NCBI GenBank assembly: GCA_963778115.1
Contig: CAVZSV010000004.1
Span: 1,184,001 to 1,248,000 of the forward strand
Length of the DNA stretch: 64,000 nucleotides
Reading direction: 5' to 3'
DNA from: an uncultured delta proteobacterium
Lineage (GTDB): Bacteria; Bdellovibrionota; FAC87; UBA2466
Under the pieces are notes generated by a model. That model was not told the DNA's origin and made no database searches. It saw nothing but the letters and a program-made list of their open reading frames with translations. This document shows positions 40,151 through 50,210 of the stretch, piece after piece; the stretch's first letter is position 1; each line of letters opens with the position of its first letter. A program made the position numbers and the translations under genes.

Positions 40151-40667
40151 CTATACGTACCGCTACTTAAATGGAGGCGCGTTCCCCTATTGCCGCGCGT
40201 TAAGCTATTTTACCGTGAGAGGCCCGCGTAAATCGTGGAGATCTCCTCATAATGTGACCTTGGGTAGAGTCATAAAAAAAAGCTAGTTACGTGGGGACAG
40301 GTGTCTATAATTTAGACAGGCAACAACGACTAGCGACCCCATGGGAGATGATCGCTAGCGATGAAATGTCGTTTTCTGTGAAGCATCCGATGATAGAACG
40401 CCCCACGCATGGTTAAGTTACTAGGCGTGGGAAGCCCGCCTTGGCTTACTTCCTGCTTGTGATGCCTGGCTAACCATCTGCGCTGGGAGCCCTGACTGCT
40501 GTGGAATCGACATGGATGCGAGAGCCGCACGACATCTCCCGCGGGTCTGGGAATCGGGGTTCTTTTACCGTTCTGAACCTGTCGCACGACGGGTACTTTT
40601 TGGGTTTTGCGAGTAACGGCTATTTCCGCTTTTTTTAGAGGGTCATTCTTCTCTATAAAAGCTTTTA

Positions 40668-41810
40668 CTATTTCCCAGCGGCTGAAACCACCGCTGGCAG
40701 CACGTATTGCGAGAAGAAAGTATCGCCATCCATCTCGGTAAAGTCTTGGGCGGTATTTGCTGTAGAGACAAAGACTAAATCAAGATCAGGCACTACGTAA
40801 ACAAACTGGCCGCCGTATCCCCACATCTTATGTACCGCGTGGCCGTTTGCATTGAGCAGCCACCACAAGTAGCCGTATGTCGATGGCGGATCATCGGAAG
40901 GAATTCCCGTTGAAGTGGATTCTTGAATCCAATCGGCGGGTACCAGTGAATTTCCGTTCCACTCTCCGTTTTGCAAATACATTTGTCCGATGGTCGCAAG
41001 GTCTCTAGGTGTCAGATATAAATTATATCCGCCGGAGTAATATCCTTGTGGATCAATTCCCCAGTGTTTCACCGTGATTCCCAACGGATCAAAAAGATAT
41101 TTTTCGGCGAAAGCACATGTGCTCATATGGGAACTCTCCGTGATGATAGCGGAGAGCAAATGAGTTAGCCCGGTGTCATAATTAAATTTAGTTCCTGGAT
41201 TAGCTGCCATCTTAAGATTGAGTAAAGCTTGAACCCAATTGGGGTAATCCTGGATGGTATATTCCGTCGTATCTTCCGTCCATTTGAACCCGCCTGTCAT
41301 GGTCAGCAGATCCTTAATCACGATCCCTTGCTTTTCTTTTCCCGTGATTTTGAATTTCGGTGAAAGAATATCTGCGATCGGCTGATCGATGCCTTTGAGA
41401 AAGCCTTCTCGTAAAGCAATCCCCACTAATCCTCCAATGATAGTCTTAGAAGAAGAGTGCACATTATTGGCATCCGCCATTTGGCTTCCATGAAGATACT
41501 TTTCGTAAACTAAGACGCCGTTTCGAATGACCAAGAAACTAAAAGCTTGCGGAAGTAAGTTGAGTGCTGCCGTACCTTGATCGAGTACGGAAGTTTGTAG
41601 CCCTTGGCTCTCCGGCGTTCCGGTGGGCCACGCATTGGGATTTTGTGTCGGATCTTGGTACGTAGGATTGTCTTCGTAGAATTGAGTGATCACAGCAGGA
41701 TTTGGCACCAATTGTTGGCAAGTGTCATGGCTGCCGGCGTCTTCCGCAAAACATAGATTTAGACTTCCGCACAAGCCGGCTACTAGAGCCACTGTTCTTA
41801 GTTTCGTCAT
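40668..41810 (-). CDS. Secreted serine hydrolase, beta-lactamase/NylB-like family
   Basis: HSSSKT (SxxK), DLLTMTGG, PGTKFNYD, YGYLWW, GYGGQ; ATG 41810 follows GGAGGAG. Confidence 0.88.
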   Translation of the reverse strand: MTKLRTVALVAGLCGSLNLCFAEDAGSHDTCQQLVPNPAVITQFYEDNPTYQDPTQNPNAWPTGTPESQGLQTSVLDQGTAALNLLPQAFSFLVIRNGVLVYEKYLHGSQMADANNVHSSSKTIIGGLVGIALREGFLKGIDQPIADILSPKFKITGKEKQGIVIKDLLTMTGGFKWTEDTTEYTIQDYPNWVQALLNLKMAANPGTKFNYDTGLTHLLSAIITESSHMSTCAFAEKYLFDPLGITVKHWGIDPQGYYSGGYNLYLTPRDLATIGQMYLQNGEWNGNSLVPADWIQESTSTGIPSDDPPSTYGYLWWLLNANGHAVHKMWGYGGQFVYVVPDLDLVFVSTANTAQDFTEMDGDTFFSQYVLPAVVSAAGK

Positions 41811-42077
41811 TTTCGTTCTCCTCCCCATTCTCTTGGGGTCAGTGTCAGTCGGACTCACGCCTCCTTATCGTTGGCCCATTTAGAAACCTGAGGACGGATC
41901 TTTCGCACTGCGCTTTCGCGTTCCGGCATCTTTTCGGTTTGTTGGGTGATTTAGCGGGGATTGGTGCCAACCCGACACTGGGCGCAAGACTTCACCGAAT
42001 TAGCACCACCGCCCAGGCACGAATCAGTGGGATCGGTCTTTGCATTGGTAAGTAGAGGATCGTGGATAGGGGGAAAA

Positions 42078-43181
42078 TTGGGTAATCAACTGGTTCGCCG
42101 GTTTCAGGTCATTGGATTTCTCACTGCATTCAGCTGCGCTCTCAGTCTAGGCGCCGTCGAGGCGAATAAGACCAAACCAAAACCCCCGCCAGTCAATGCG
42201 AACTGGTTAAATCAATTGAGTATCGAAGGACCGGTTCAGTTCTTTGAAACCCCGCAGGAGGGTCAAACTCCGTATATTGACGCTATCGATAATGCTAAGC
42301 AGTCGATTCAAATGACGATGTTTCACCTCACCAATCCTGCTGTGGTCACCGCCATGGTAAATGCGGTGGCAAGAGGGGTTGTAGTCGAAGCGATACTAGA
42401 TGCAAAAAACTTAGCGGATCAACAAAGGCCAGGATCCCCTTATGAAGATCTCATCCAAGGTGGAGTGAAAGTAACTCCAAGCTCACCCTCCTTTAGCATC
42501 ACTCACGTCAAAGCCATGGTGGTGGACGATATTACCGCTTTTATCACTTCCATCAACCTCACGACGGAATACGCCGAAACCCGCGACTATGGATTTATCA
42601 CGACGGACAAAGGGATTATCTCTGAAATGGACAAAGTCTTTCAGGCCGATCTCGCCAATGCGAAGAACAAGACTGGATTAACTCCCACGCTGACAAATTC
42701 CAACTTGGTTTGGAGCCCTGTTACTTCGGAAACCAAATTGTCCCAATTAGTCGCCTCAGCCAAACAATCCATTATTTTGACCGTAGAAAATCTAGGCGAC
42801 AAACCTTTCCAGCAGGCACTATTGACCGCTGCCAAAAATCACGTGAGCGTTCGCGTGATTACTCCGGCGTGTGATAAGAACTCTAATCCCCTTTACGATT
42901 TCCCCTTCTTAAAGACACTGGCCGCCGGTGGGGTCGAAACCAGAGTCATGCCAGCCCCCGCTTCGGCGAATCAGCCCTACATGCACGGCAAGATGATTCT
43001 CGTCGATGGGGAAAGGGCTTTCATAGGCTCCGTCAACTTTTCCACCAACTCCATGACCGAAGCTCGCGAACTAGGCGTTGTATTTACCGATACCTCTTCG
43101 CTAAACGACATCAACGCAAGCTTCGAACAGGACTGGTCTGTTGCGGTGCCGGCAAGCAACGCCACTCCCAAGTGTTCTTAG
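42078..43181 (+). CDS. Secreted phospholipase D superfamily protein with two HKD motifs
   Basis: HVKAMVVD and HGKMILVD..GSVN; TTG 42078 follows GGGGG (track start 41961). Confidence 0.88.
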   Translation: MGNQLVRRFQVIGFLTAFSCALSLGAVEANKTKPKPPPVNANWLNQLSIEGPVQFFETPQEGQTPYIDAIDNAKQSIQMTMFHLTNPAVVTAMVNAVARGVVVEAILDAKNLADQQRPGSPYEDLIQGGVKVTPSSPSFSITHVKAMVVDDITAFITSINLTTEYAETRDYGFITTDKGIISEMDKVFQADLANAKNKTGLTPTLTNSNLVWSPVTSETKLSQLVASAKQSIILTVENLGDKPFQQALLTAAKNHVSVRVITPACDKNSNPLYDFPFLKTLAAGGVETRVMPAPASANQPYMHGKMILVDGERAFIGSVNFSTNSMTEARELGVVFTDTSSLNDINASFEQDWSVAVPASNATPKCS

Positions 43182-43193
43182 AGACCAAGTTGG

Positions 43194-43775
43194 CTAGTGA
43201 TGTCTTTTTGCTGAAGTGGTTTGGATTCTAACGGCTTTGAAACCCTGAAAGCTAAGAAAGAGGGAAAACGTTTGTTGGGCCACTTCGTTGTTTTGGCCGT
43301 ACAGATTTCCAATATTATCCGCCGTGTATTGTAAAACCTGAGCGCGAAACTCCACCCACAAGACCGCATTACCCATCGCACTAGAGGAAGCCTGAACGGT
43401 ACGTTTAAAAAATCGGTTTCCGCGAAGAGCCGTTTCAACAATCTCACTCGCCTCTTCAGCCGTGGAGTTGGAAACGTCATTGGCAGTGATTACTCCTTGC
43501 GAATCCGAGAACTGAATCACAATGGGAACTCCCGCTATTTTGGTAGTACCGGCTACTATCTCGCTCAGTGCCACCGCTTTGTCGTGGTCACAAACGGTTA
43601 CCGGAATGACGGAAGGAGCATCGGGGTCAGTAGGATCGGTGAGGGTACCCACGGTCACACAAGGATCGGCCCCCAGGGCTGCTTTAACCCTCTCGGCAAA
43701 GAGATCCCAAGGCGGATCGAGGGCCAGGACCAGGTTTGAAGACACCAAGGCCAATAGAACAAGAAAGGTTTTCAT
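43194..43775 (-). CDS. Exported hypothetical protein
   Basis: AAAGGAG RBS; signal peptide; LDPPW..GADP and VLQYTADNIG motifs. Confidence 0.75.
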   Translation of the reverse strand: MKTFLVLLALVSSNLVLALDPPWDLFAERVKAALGADPCVTVGTLTDPTDPDAPSVIPVTVCDHDKAVALSEIVAGTTKIAGVPIVIQFSDSQGVITANDVSNSTAEEASEIVETALRGNRFFKRTVQASSSAMGNAVLWVEFRAQVLQYTADNIGNLYGQNNEVAQQTFSLFLSFQGFKAVRIQTTSAKRHH

Positions 43776-43917
43776 ACAGCTCCTTTCCCAGTCTATCGGT
43801 GCGGCGCGTTATTAACTAAACTATGTCGCGCTAGCCATAATTCGTTCACGTTCACACGCACGTCTACGCTTACGTGGGTATGGGATGGATCGGTGGGCGC
43901 TCCTTTAATACGACGTG

Positions 43918-43952
43918 CAAAAAAAGGCGCCCCTCTTTCGAAAGGCGCCTTC
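43918..43952 (-). terminator. Rho-independent terminator after the C1A protease
   Basis: Minus strand reads AAGGCGCCTTTC-GAAA-GAGGGGCGCCTT followed by a U-tract. Confidence 0.85.
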
Positions 43953-43978
43953 CTTAAAAAATTTCCCAACCGCTTCTC

Positions 43979-44884
43979 TTACTTCTTGGAAGCGGTGTAT
44001 GTCGCAAACGCGGCCTGATCTCCAATTGAATTACACTTGGAGCCATCAGTGCCGGTGTACTTGATGCGCATGAAGCCGGACTCGCCCCACTGCGTTCCCC
44101 ACGAATTTTTCACAATCCAGATCTGATCGGTATCGTCCCATCCGATCAAAGTGAGGATGTGATCAATGTCAGTGCTGTCGCAAGCATTATAGATTCCACC
44201 CGAGTACGCCACGAAAGAATCGCTGGCTGCCACCGTCACAGCAACTGGACCGTTTTGATAAATAGCGGCCTTGATGTCGTCTGTGGAAGGACTGCTTAGC
44301 TCACTGCCCACATACGACCAGTCAGCGATCTTTTCATGTTGAGCAGCAGTATTGTTGCAAGGAGCGTCCGTTGCCGTATAAGGAAAATCGGCTTCGTAAT
44401 TGGCGCCTACTTGTTGGTAGAAAGCGAACGCAAAATCGCCTCCTTCACAGGTTCCATAACTGGGTTGGCAGCTAACCAATTGCTGCTCGGCCAATTGAAG
44501 TTGCTTTCCGGTAGCGATAGCAATCGCTGATTCAATGACCGCATCGGTTCCGAAAGCCCAGCAAGATCCGCAGTACACCGGAAGATGTTGGTTCTTAATG
44601 GAGGTCACGACATTCTTATCGCGCCAATCCCAGTGCGCAGGAAGCGCATCCTTGATCTTAGGCTTCACGAAGGGGGCTAAGGACTTCCAATTAGGACTTC
44701 GTTTGAATCCCGTGATCGACTGATGGCTCGCATCTAGAATGCCGGTATCTCCCACGACGAAGGTCCAACCTTCTTTCGCCGCACGCGCTTTTAACACTTC
44801 TAATTTACTCGCCACCGAATCGGAAGCTTGGGCACTAAATACGCTCAAACTCAGTACTGCAAGACATAATGCCACTGCTTTCAT
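43979..44884 (-). CDS. Secreted papain-family (C1A) cysteine peptidase with cathepsin X-like mini-loop
   Basis: LPAHWDWR, KNQHLPVYCGSCWAF, DHILTLIGW, WIVKNSWGTQWGESG. Confidence 0.93.
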   Translation of the reverse strand: MKAVALCLAVLSLSVFSAQASDSVASKLEVLKARAAKEGWTFVVGDTGILDASHQSITGFKRSPNWKSLAPFVKPKIKDALPAHWDWRDKNVVTSIKNQHLPVYCGSCWAFGTDAVIESAIAIATGKQLQLAEQQLVSCQPSYGTCEGGDFAFAFYQQVGANYEADFPYTATDAPCNNTAAQHEKIADWSYVGSELSSPSTDDIKAAIYQNGPVAVTVAASDSFVAYSGGIYNACDSTDIDHILTLIGWDDTDQIWIVKNSWGTQWGESGFMRIKYTGTDGSKCNSIGDQAAFATYTASKK

Positions 44885-45010
44885 GTCTTACTCCTGGAAA
44901 ATGGTTTAGGGACGTAATGGTGTGACCGCTATTAATGTTCTTTAGTGTACCCAGAGAAGGGGCAGCAATGAGTGGCAACCGCGTGATTATGTTAACGCTT
45001 GTCAAAGGCG

Positions 45011-46483
45011 CTAATGGTTCGGATGAAAGACTCCGTGGAAGCTTAGCGGTACGTGATGGCGCAGCAAGACGCTCCCTACCGGCCCTTGGCTTAACGCGTC
45101 TGCTTTCAAAATGTCCAAACGACTCTTTTGCCGCTTGGGATCATAAACTTCCGTCAATATCCATCCGGCCTTTTCCAAGGGATCAAACGCCCAGACGGGT
45201 TCCGTGCAGTAGACTTGATTGCCGAAGTGATATCGATCGGTCTTACCCGACTCTTCACGTCGAACGATGGCAGACCAAAAGATTTCTCCCAAGTTGGATT
45301 CAGCCAAAAAGACATCTCCATGGCGGACCGCTCGCTCCTCAGTTCGGATATAAGGCATCTCATAGTCGGCGGAATCCAATAGGGATTCGACCTTACACCG
45401 ATTAGTCTTCAGGTTTAACCCGTAGCGAACCAATCGATCGCAGGGCACTTTCGGTAAGACAGGATTTTCCCCGCGCATCAGTTGGAAGAAGGGAGAGTTT
45501 TCCGAGCCGAGCCCCCCGCCGTTACGGTTTCCCACAAAATCTAAAATAATTTCGTCCCCCGCTTCAAATCCATTGACCGAATGCCACATATACTCGGCGG
45601 GAGCTTCAAAAAGTTTTGCTTCACCCCCATTCCGCGATACGACCAGAACAACGTTTCCCATGTCAGGACGCCACTCGATACTCTCGGCGAAGGTCCTAAG
45701 TCCCAACCAGGCTTTGGCGAAAGTGCGAAGCGAAACGAAAGCGGGATGAAGCAGTAGCACCACGTGCGATTCGGTCAGAAACCAATCGTGGATATAGACT
45801 CCGCGAGGCACCGACATGCGCTGAGTGTGAAAAACTTTCGTCTCTCCTTTTTTGAAACTGCGAACTGTCGCAGTAATCTCTTTTCCAAAATCAAAGGAGA
45901 GAGTCGCCCACCCCTGCCCTCTTACGTCCCATTTCCAATGGGCTTGGACAGAAATTAATGGCCCCTCACTCGATAACGGAAAGTCTCCCACCGAAGCCAG
46001 CGTTTGGGCATCCATGGCGAAAGGAGGTTGCGATTCGTCAAAAGCCAAAACACAATCTCCCGCTCTAAAAACGGTAACACCCGCTTGAGACGGAATTTTA
46101 CCTCCCACATTTCTCAAGCTCCATCCGGGAGCTAGGGTCGACCACGTCGGATAACAAAACTTTCCGCGCTTTTCTTCTTCCACGAATTTCGCAGTGCGGG
46201 GAAACCGCGCCACATATTGCACCCCCTTGTCTCCAAAGTGGAAAGCTTGCACTAGCCCGTCTCCGTCCAGCATCATCCGCTTTCTCAATCCGCCTCGGTC
46301 AAATTTTCCGGGACCGTTCCGGTAAAGCGATCCTCTGAGGCCGGGAGGAATCTTTCCTTCAATGTCCGGGTGATAATTTTGTTCCTCGCCAAGGGAACAA
46401 AGCAGCCCGGCATCTGCGCGAGAATTGTGTTTAATGTCCGACCAAACCTTCGCCGGCAAAGGACCTCGAGAGGAAAAGAGCAT
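45011..46483 (-). CDS. Carotenoid oxygenase/lignostilbene dioxygenase (RPE65) family protein
   Basis: GSLYRNGPG, DGDG, four Fe-ligand His (QAHWK, YIHDW, MWHSVN, SFHG), EMP, TEPV. Confidence 0.92.
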   Translation of the reverse strand: MLFSSRGPLPAKVWSDIKHNSRADAGLLCSLGEEQNYHPDIEGKIPPGLRGSLYRNGPGKFDRGGLRKRMMLDGDGLVQAFHFGDKGVQYVARFPRTAKFVEEEKRGKFCYPTWSTLAPGWSLRNVGGKIPSQAGVTVFRAGDCVLAFDESQPPFAMDAQTLASVGDFPLSSEGPLISVQAHWKWDVRGQGWATLSFDFGKEITATVRSFKKGETKVFHTQRMSVPRGVYIHDWFLTESHVVLLLHPAFVSLRTFAKAWLGLRTFAESIEWRPDMGNVVLVVSRNGGEAKLFEAPAEYMWHSVNGFEAGDEIILDFVGNRNGGGLGSENSPFFQLMRGENPVLPKVPCDRLVRYGLNLKTNRCKVESLLDSADYEMPYIRTEERAVRHGDVFLAESNLGEIFWSAIVRREESGKTDRYHFGNQVYCTEPVWAFDPLEKAGWILTEVYDPKRQKSRLDILKADALSQGPVGSVLLRHHVPLSFHGVFHPNH

Positions 46484-46589
46484 GCAAGACTCCTAAATCA
46501 AAAGGACTACAGAACGATAACTTATTAGAATTAAGAAGCTTTAGCCACCAGCAAAGTTCCTTGGCGAAGGGAGAGTAAAATATCAGAGT

Positions 46590-46979
46590 ATGCGACCCGC
46601 TACCTTACTAGCGTTATTGCTCTTCTTGGCGATAGCTTCCTCATTGAAGGGTGAGCAAACACCACTACAACAGACACAAAACACTCTCATCGATCCGGTG
46701 CAACGACAAAAGGCTATCGGCTCTAGTCCCTCCGCCCAAAGTGCGGACTCGTCGGTTCAGCAGCTCACCGCAAGCCCGGCCCAAACGCAGAAAGTCTACG
46801 AGTTAGCCTCGAAAGTGATGGGAGACCTGGTTCAGCACACCAAAGGAGATCCTAAACAGATGGAGTCTGTCCTCGAAAATGCGAAGAACAATCCCGAGGC
46901 ATTCGCCAATACTTTCACGCCTGAAGAGAAAAAAATGCTTAACGATATTTCACAGAATATTCCCGCGAAAATGCCCTAG
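46590..46979 (+). CDS. Exported helical hypothetical protein
   Basis: Signal peptide; Q-rich helical body. Confidence 0.7.
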   Translation: MRPATLLALLLFLAIASSLKGEQTPLQQTQNTLIDPVQRQKAIGSSPSAQSADSSVQQLTASPAQTQKVYELASKVMGDLVQHTKGDPKQMESVLENAKNNPEAFANTFTPEEKKMLNDISQNIPAKMP

Positions 46980-47093
46980 AGAATGAGGATCCACCTCTCC
47001 CACCACCCCATTTTGCGCCTGCTAAAACTCGACTGTTGACACGTAGCCCCAGAAATTGTTACCGCTTAATTAAGTGGGAAACATGGGTTTTAA

Positions 47094-48419
47094 ATGGGGG
47101 ATGACATGGGCAATAAATGGGGCTTTGGGGGATTTCTCTGTCTTTTCGTAGTTAACCTTCTTTCGTCACAGGCTTATGGGGAGAGTTCCACCTTAAGTCT
47201 TCTGCTGGCACCTTTGATGGTAGGAGTGACCGAACGTACCGTCGATGAAGAGTACGCAAAGCAACTCAATATCGATCCGCATGCCACGGTAGCCCTTTCT
47301 CAAGGAACGGGACTCTGTACGGGAACCTTTCTCTCCTCGACGACTGCAATTACGGCCGTTCATTGCGTTGATCGTGAAAATCCGACTGGCAACGTCAATG
47401 TCGATGGGATCGCATCACTCCAAGTATTTTTTTCCGAGCGCTATCAAACGCCGGTGGAACACGGAGACTTGATAGAAGGGCGCATCAAGTACGATGTCGC
47501 GGTTTTGGTATTCCCGCCCGGCACGGGAGAATTCTTGGGGATTAAGAGTTATCCCAAACTTGCCACCACCGATCCCAAATCAGGCGATACCGTTTACCTG
47601 GTGGGTTTTGGAATGAGCGATCCCTATGCCTTCCTTACTGGTGACGAAGAAAATGCCGGCGCCGGCATCAAAGGTTGGGGAACCGCTACTATCTCTGAGA
47701 CAAAAGACGGAATGCTGTTCACCGAACCCATAACCATCGAGAATAAGAAACCGGTCGCCACTGAGACTCTTTCCGTAAGGCCCAACACTTCACGCGGACT
47801 TCCGGGAGATTCCGGGGGTGCTCTCTATAACACCCAAGGGGAGATCGTAGGAATTACGAGTGTGGTCGCTAAGCCCGTTCAAGATTTTACCGAGTCCAAA
47901 GTTCTCTTTGGATTACTGAGTCTGGTTCATATCGACTCTTGGAAAGTGTCCAACGAGTATGCCGATGTCACAAGCCACGATACTTTGGAATTGATGGCTA
48001 CAGCCACTCATTGCAAAGATCTCAGTCGGTGCGCTGTCATCGAAAATTCGAGGCCCGAAATAAAAACGGTCTCCTTGGAGAAACCGTCCGCTCCGAACTC
48101 CACTGCGTTTGATCACGTCATACTCAGAACGGGTTTCTACGGAGGAACGAAGAACGTTAACCGGAGAGCTTTTCTCCACCCCGTCTATTATAATAAACAG
48201 ATGGTACAAATTGACCTCTTGGAATTGGACGGAAAGACACCGCAAAAGGTCGAGACCCTTACGTGGAATAACGGTGCTTATGTAAATTCTGCTATCTCGA
48301 AAGTGCTCGCGACAAAAAAGGATCGCTTCAGACAATTCATTGTGAAGGGGCACCCTGATCCCCGCAATCCCAACCGACTGGCTCTAGGGTTAGATGAAGA
48401 ATTTGAATTCCGGCCCTAG
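47094..48419 (+). CDS. Secreted trypsin-like (S1) serine protease with C-terminal extension
   Basis: CTGTF, TAVHC, YDVAV, GDSGG catalytic triad motifs; alternative start ATG 47106. Confidence 0.9.
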   Translation: MGDDMGNKWGFGGFLCLFVVNLLSSQAYGESSTLSLLLAPLMVGVTERTVDEEYAKQLNIDPHATVALSQGTGLCTGTFLSSTTAITAVHCVDRENPTGNVNVDGIASLQVFFSERYQTPVEHGDLIEGRIKYDVAVLVFPPGTGEFLGIKSYPKLATTDPKSGDTVYLVGFGMSDPYAFLTGDEENAGAGIKGWGTATISETKDGMLFTEPITIENKKPVATETLSVRPNTSRGLPGDSGGALYNTQGEIVGITSVVAKPVQDFTESKVLFGLLSLVHIDSWKVSNEYADVTSHDTLELMATATHCKDLSRCAVIENSRPEIKTVSLEKPSAPNSTAFDHVILRTGFYGGTKNVNRRAFLHPVYYNKQMVQIDLLELDGKTPQKVETLTWNNGAYVNSAISKVLATKKDRFRQFIVKGHPDPRNPNRLALGLDEEFEFRP

Positions 48420-48433
48420 AGCCTTAAAGGAGG

Positions 48434-50047
48434 TTACTTATATCCCGGAAGCGGATCTAGTGGCGGGGGAGAAGCTGAAGTTCGTTGGACGCGATGAAAG
48501 ATCTCTCCCTCGTGAGATCCCATAAGGCGCATATATCCGGCCGTGTTGTGAATTAGCTGAAGGGAATTAGAATCGAGTCTTCTTCCCACCCAATACCTAT
48601 CTTCTTGGGTCATGTTGATAGCGATGCGTCCGGAGAAGAAATCAAAACTTCCTCCCTGTAATCCTTCGTGCGTCCATAACCCCATTTTATTCATAAAAAA
48701 GCCGCTGAAAGAGAGCGGGAAATACGGGTTCTCCGTATTCGTCGGAGTTTTTACCGCGCTCACATTCAGGTTGATAATCGCGGTTTGACTCTCGTAAGAG
48801 CCGTGAATCGGTCCCATACCTTTTAGTCCCGCCAAAAGCGGACGAGCCCCCGATTTGAACATTTCGAAAGTTCCCACGCGTCCGAAAAGAAGTGAGTACC
48901 AGATCCCCCGCAAAACACCGTTCCCAATATCGGTAACTTCCACAATGGCGTCGATATCGTCTTGAGGCCGTTTCAGAATGAAACTATGAGTCCCTTTTGC
49001 GATCGTGATAGGCGCATAGCGAAAGGAAAGTGCTTCTTCAGAAGTAACATCTCCAAAGTACATCCGCACCAAGGGAGAGACCTGAAACCCCTCTTTGCCA
49101 TCTGCCGGAGGCAGCGTCATTAGATCGAGAGTCGCAAACTGATATTCATCCAATAGATCGTGATGAAGATAGCCGGCATAAAAGCCTTCCACTTCATCGG
49201 AACGCAGCGGTGTCGCTTGCGGAATGACTGGGGGGAATAGTTCTGGAACTGGCAGAGTCATTATCGGAGCAAGATTCTTTTCTAACGACGTCTCTTTGGA
49301 AGTTCGCTTGAGGGCACATCCATCACAAAGTAACCCACTGTCCGTCACCTGGCAGTCGATTCCGCCCTGACGTCCATTGAGTTGCAGATGGCTCCTTAAG
49401 AAATTATAGGCACCCGAAAAGATCGTATTCTTAACGCAGAGCATCCCATAACAGACGTCATTGTCGACTTCACCCCATTCCCCATGGATCTCGTAGTCGG
49501 CAAACGGATGGCCGACCTTAGTGGTGTCTTCGATGGAGCGGTAGGTATTCAGCTGAAGGACGGTCGGTGTCCCTTTACAGGTTCCGGAATACTCCCCCGT
49601 TATGGGCTGTAGCAACGGATAGACCAGAGGAACGTTTCCGTCGGCACGTAAAATGAGACGGGCGGGAACGTCTGAGAAGTTCGACCGAAAGCGGCCTTCA
49701 AAACCCTGCGGAGTGAAGTGAGGGATGCTGACTCCAGACTCTTGAGTCGTCTGATCTAACACCATCCAGCCGGTGTCCGCCTTATAAAGGATGTTATCAA
49801 AGTGATAGGAGACAAATTCCGCACTTCGGTAATCCCCAAATTGCACCGTCAATACCGCCATGAGCTCTTCTTTTCCGTCGCTATTAATCGAAGAGATGAG
49901 ATCCATCTTGGCAAGCTGGTCTCTCTGAAGGGCCTCGTGCCTTAAGACTCCCGAAAAGCGTTGCGAATGCAATCCGAACGCGACGGCCGGTATCAAAACG
50001 TAACAAAATAAAAGAGAGCGCCCCAAAAGGCTTCGAAAAATACCCAT
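48434..50047 (-). CDS. Exported hypothetical protein with internal duplication
   Basis: Signal peptide; two similar blocks, G(V/Y)L(R/H)H..Q(L/F)AxxDL and FGDxxSxE. Confidence 0.75.
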   Translation of the reverse strand: MGIFRSLLGRSLLFCYVLIPAVAFGLHSQRFSGVLRHEALQRDQLAKMDLISSINSDGKEELMAVLTVQFGDYRSAEFVSYHFDNILYKADTGWMVLDQTTQESGVSIPHFTPQGFEGRFRSNFSDVPARLILRADGNVPLVYPLLQPITGEYSGTCKGTPTVLQLNTYRSIEDTTKVGHPFADYEIHGEWGEVDNDVCYGMLCVKNTIFSGAYNFLRSHLQLNGRQGGIDCQVTDSGLLCDGCALKRTSKETSLEKNLAPIMTLPVPELFPPVIPQATPLRSDEVEGFYAGYLHHDLLDEYQFATLDLMTLPPADGKEGFQVSPLVRMYFGDVTSEEALSFRYAPITIAKGTHSFILKRPQDDIDAIVEVTDIGNGVLRGIWYSLLFGRVGTFEMFKSGARPLLAGLKGMGPIHGSYESQTAIINLNVSAVKTPTNTENPYFPLSFSGFFMNKMGLWTHEGLQGGSFDFFSGRIAINMTQEDRYWVGRRLDSNSLQLIHNTAGYMRLMGSHEGEIFHRVQRTSASPPPLDPLPGYK

Positions 50048-50210
50048 GTAACCCCCAACTCAACCCCGCCGTTTTTTTAGCCTCCTTCCCTAAGGAGCGC
50101 AACCAAAAGAAATCGCCCAAAGCTTTTCTTCGCGGCAATGTAAGGCTAGTATAGAAACAAGTTTTACCTTTTTTCGAAACGAACGTTAGGAATGCAATCC
50201 GGGAGACACC

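Noticed and set aside
40330..40660. Riboswitch, ncRNA or 85-aa ORF upstream of the giant adhesin
   Set aside because: No convincing c-di-GMP or other aptamer consensus by eye and the ORF lacks features; an Rfam scan would settle it.
40668..41810. True beta-lactamase regulated by the BlaI/BlaR-like pair
   Set aside because: Motifs fit the esterase/amidase-type branch (YDT, no KTG), it lies about 10 kb away, and no TACTAAA operator was seen upstream.
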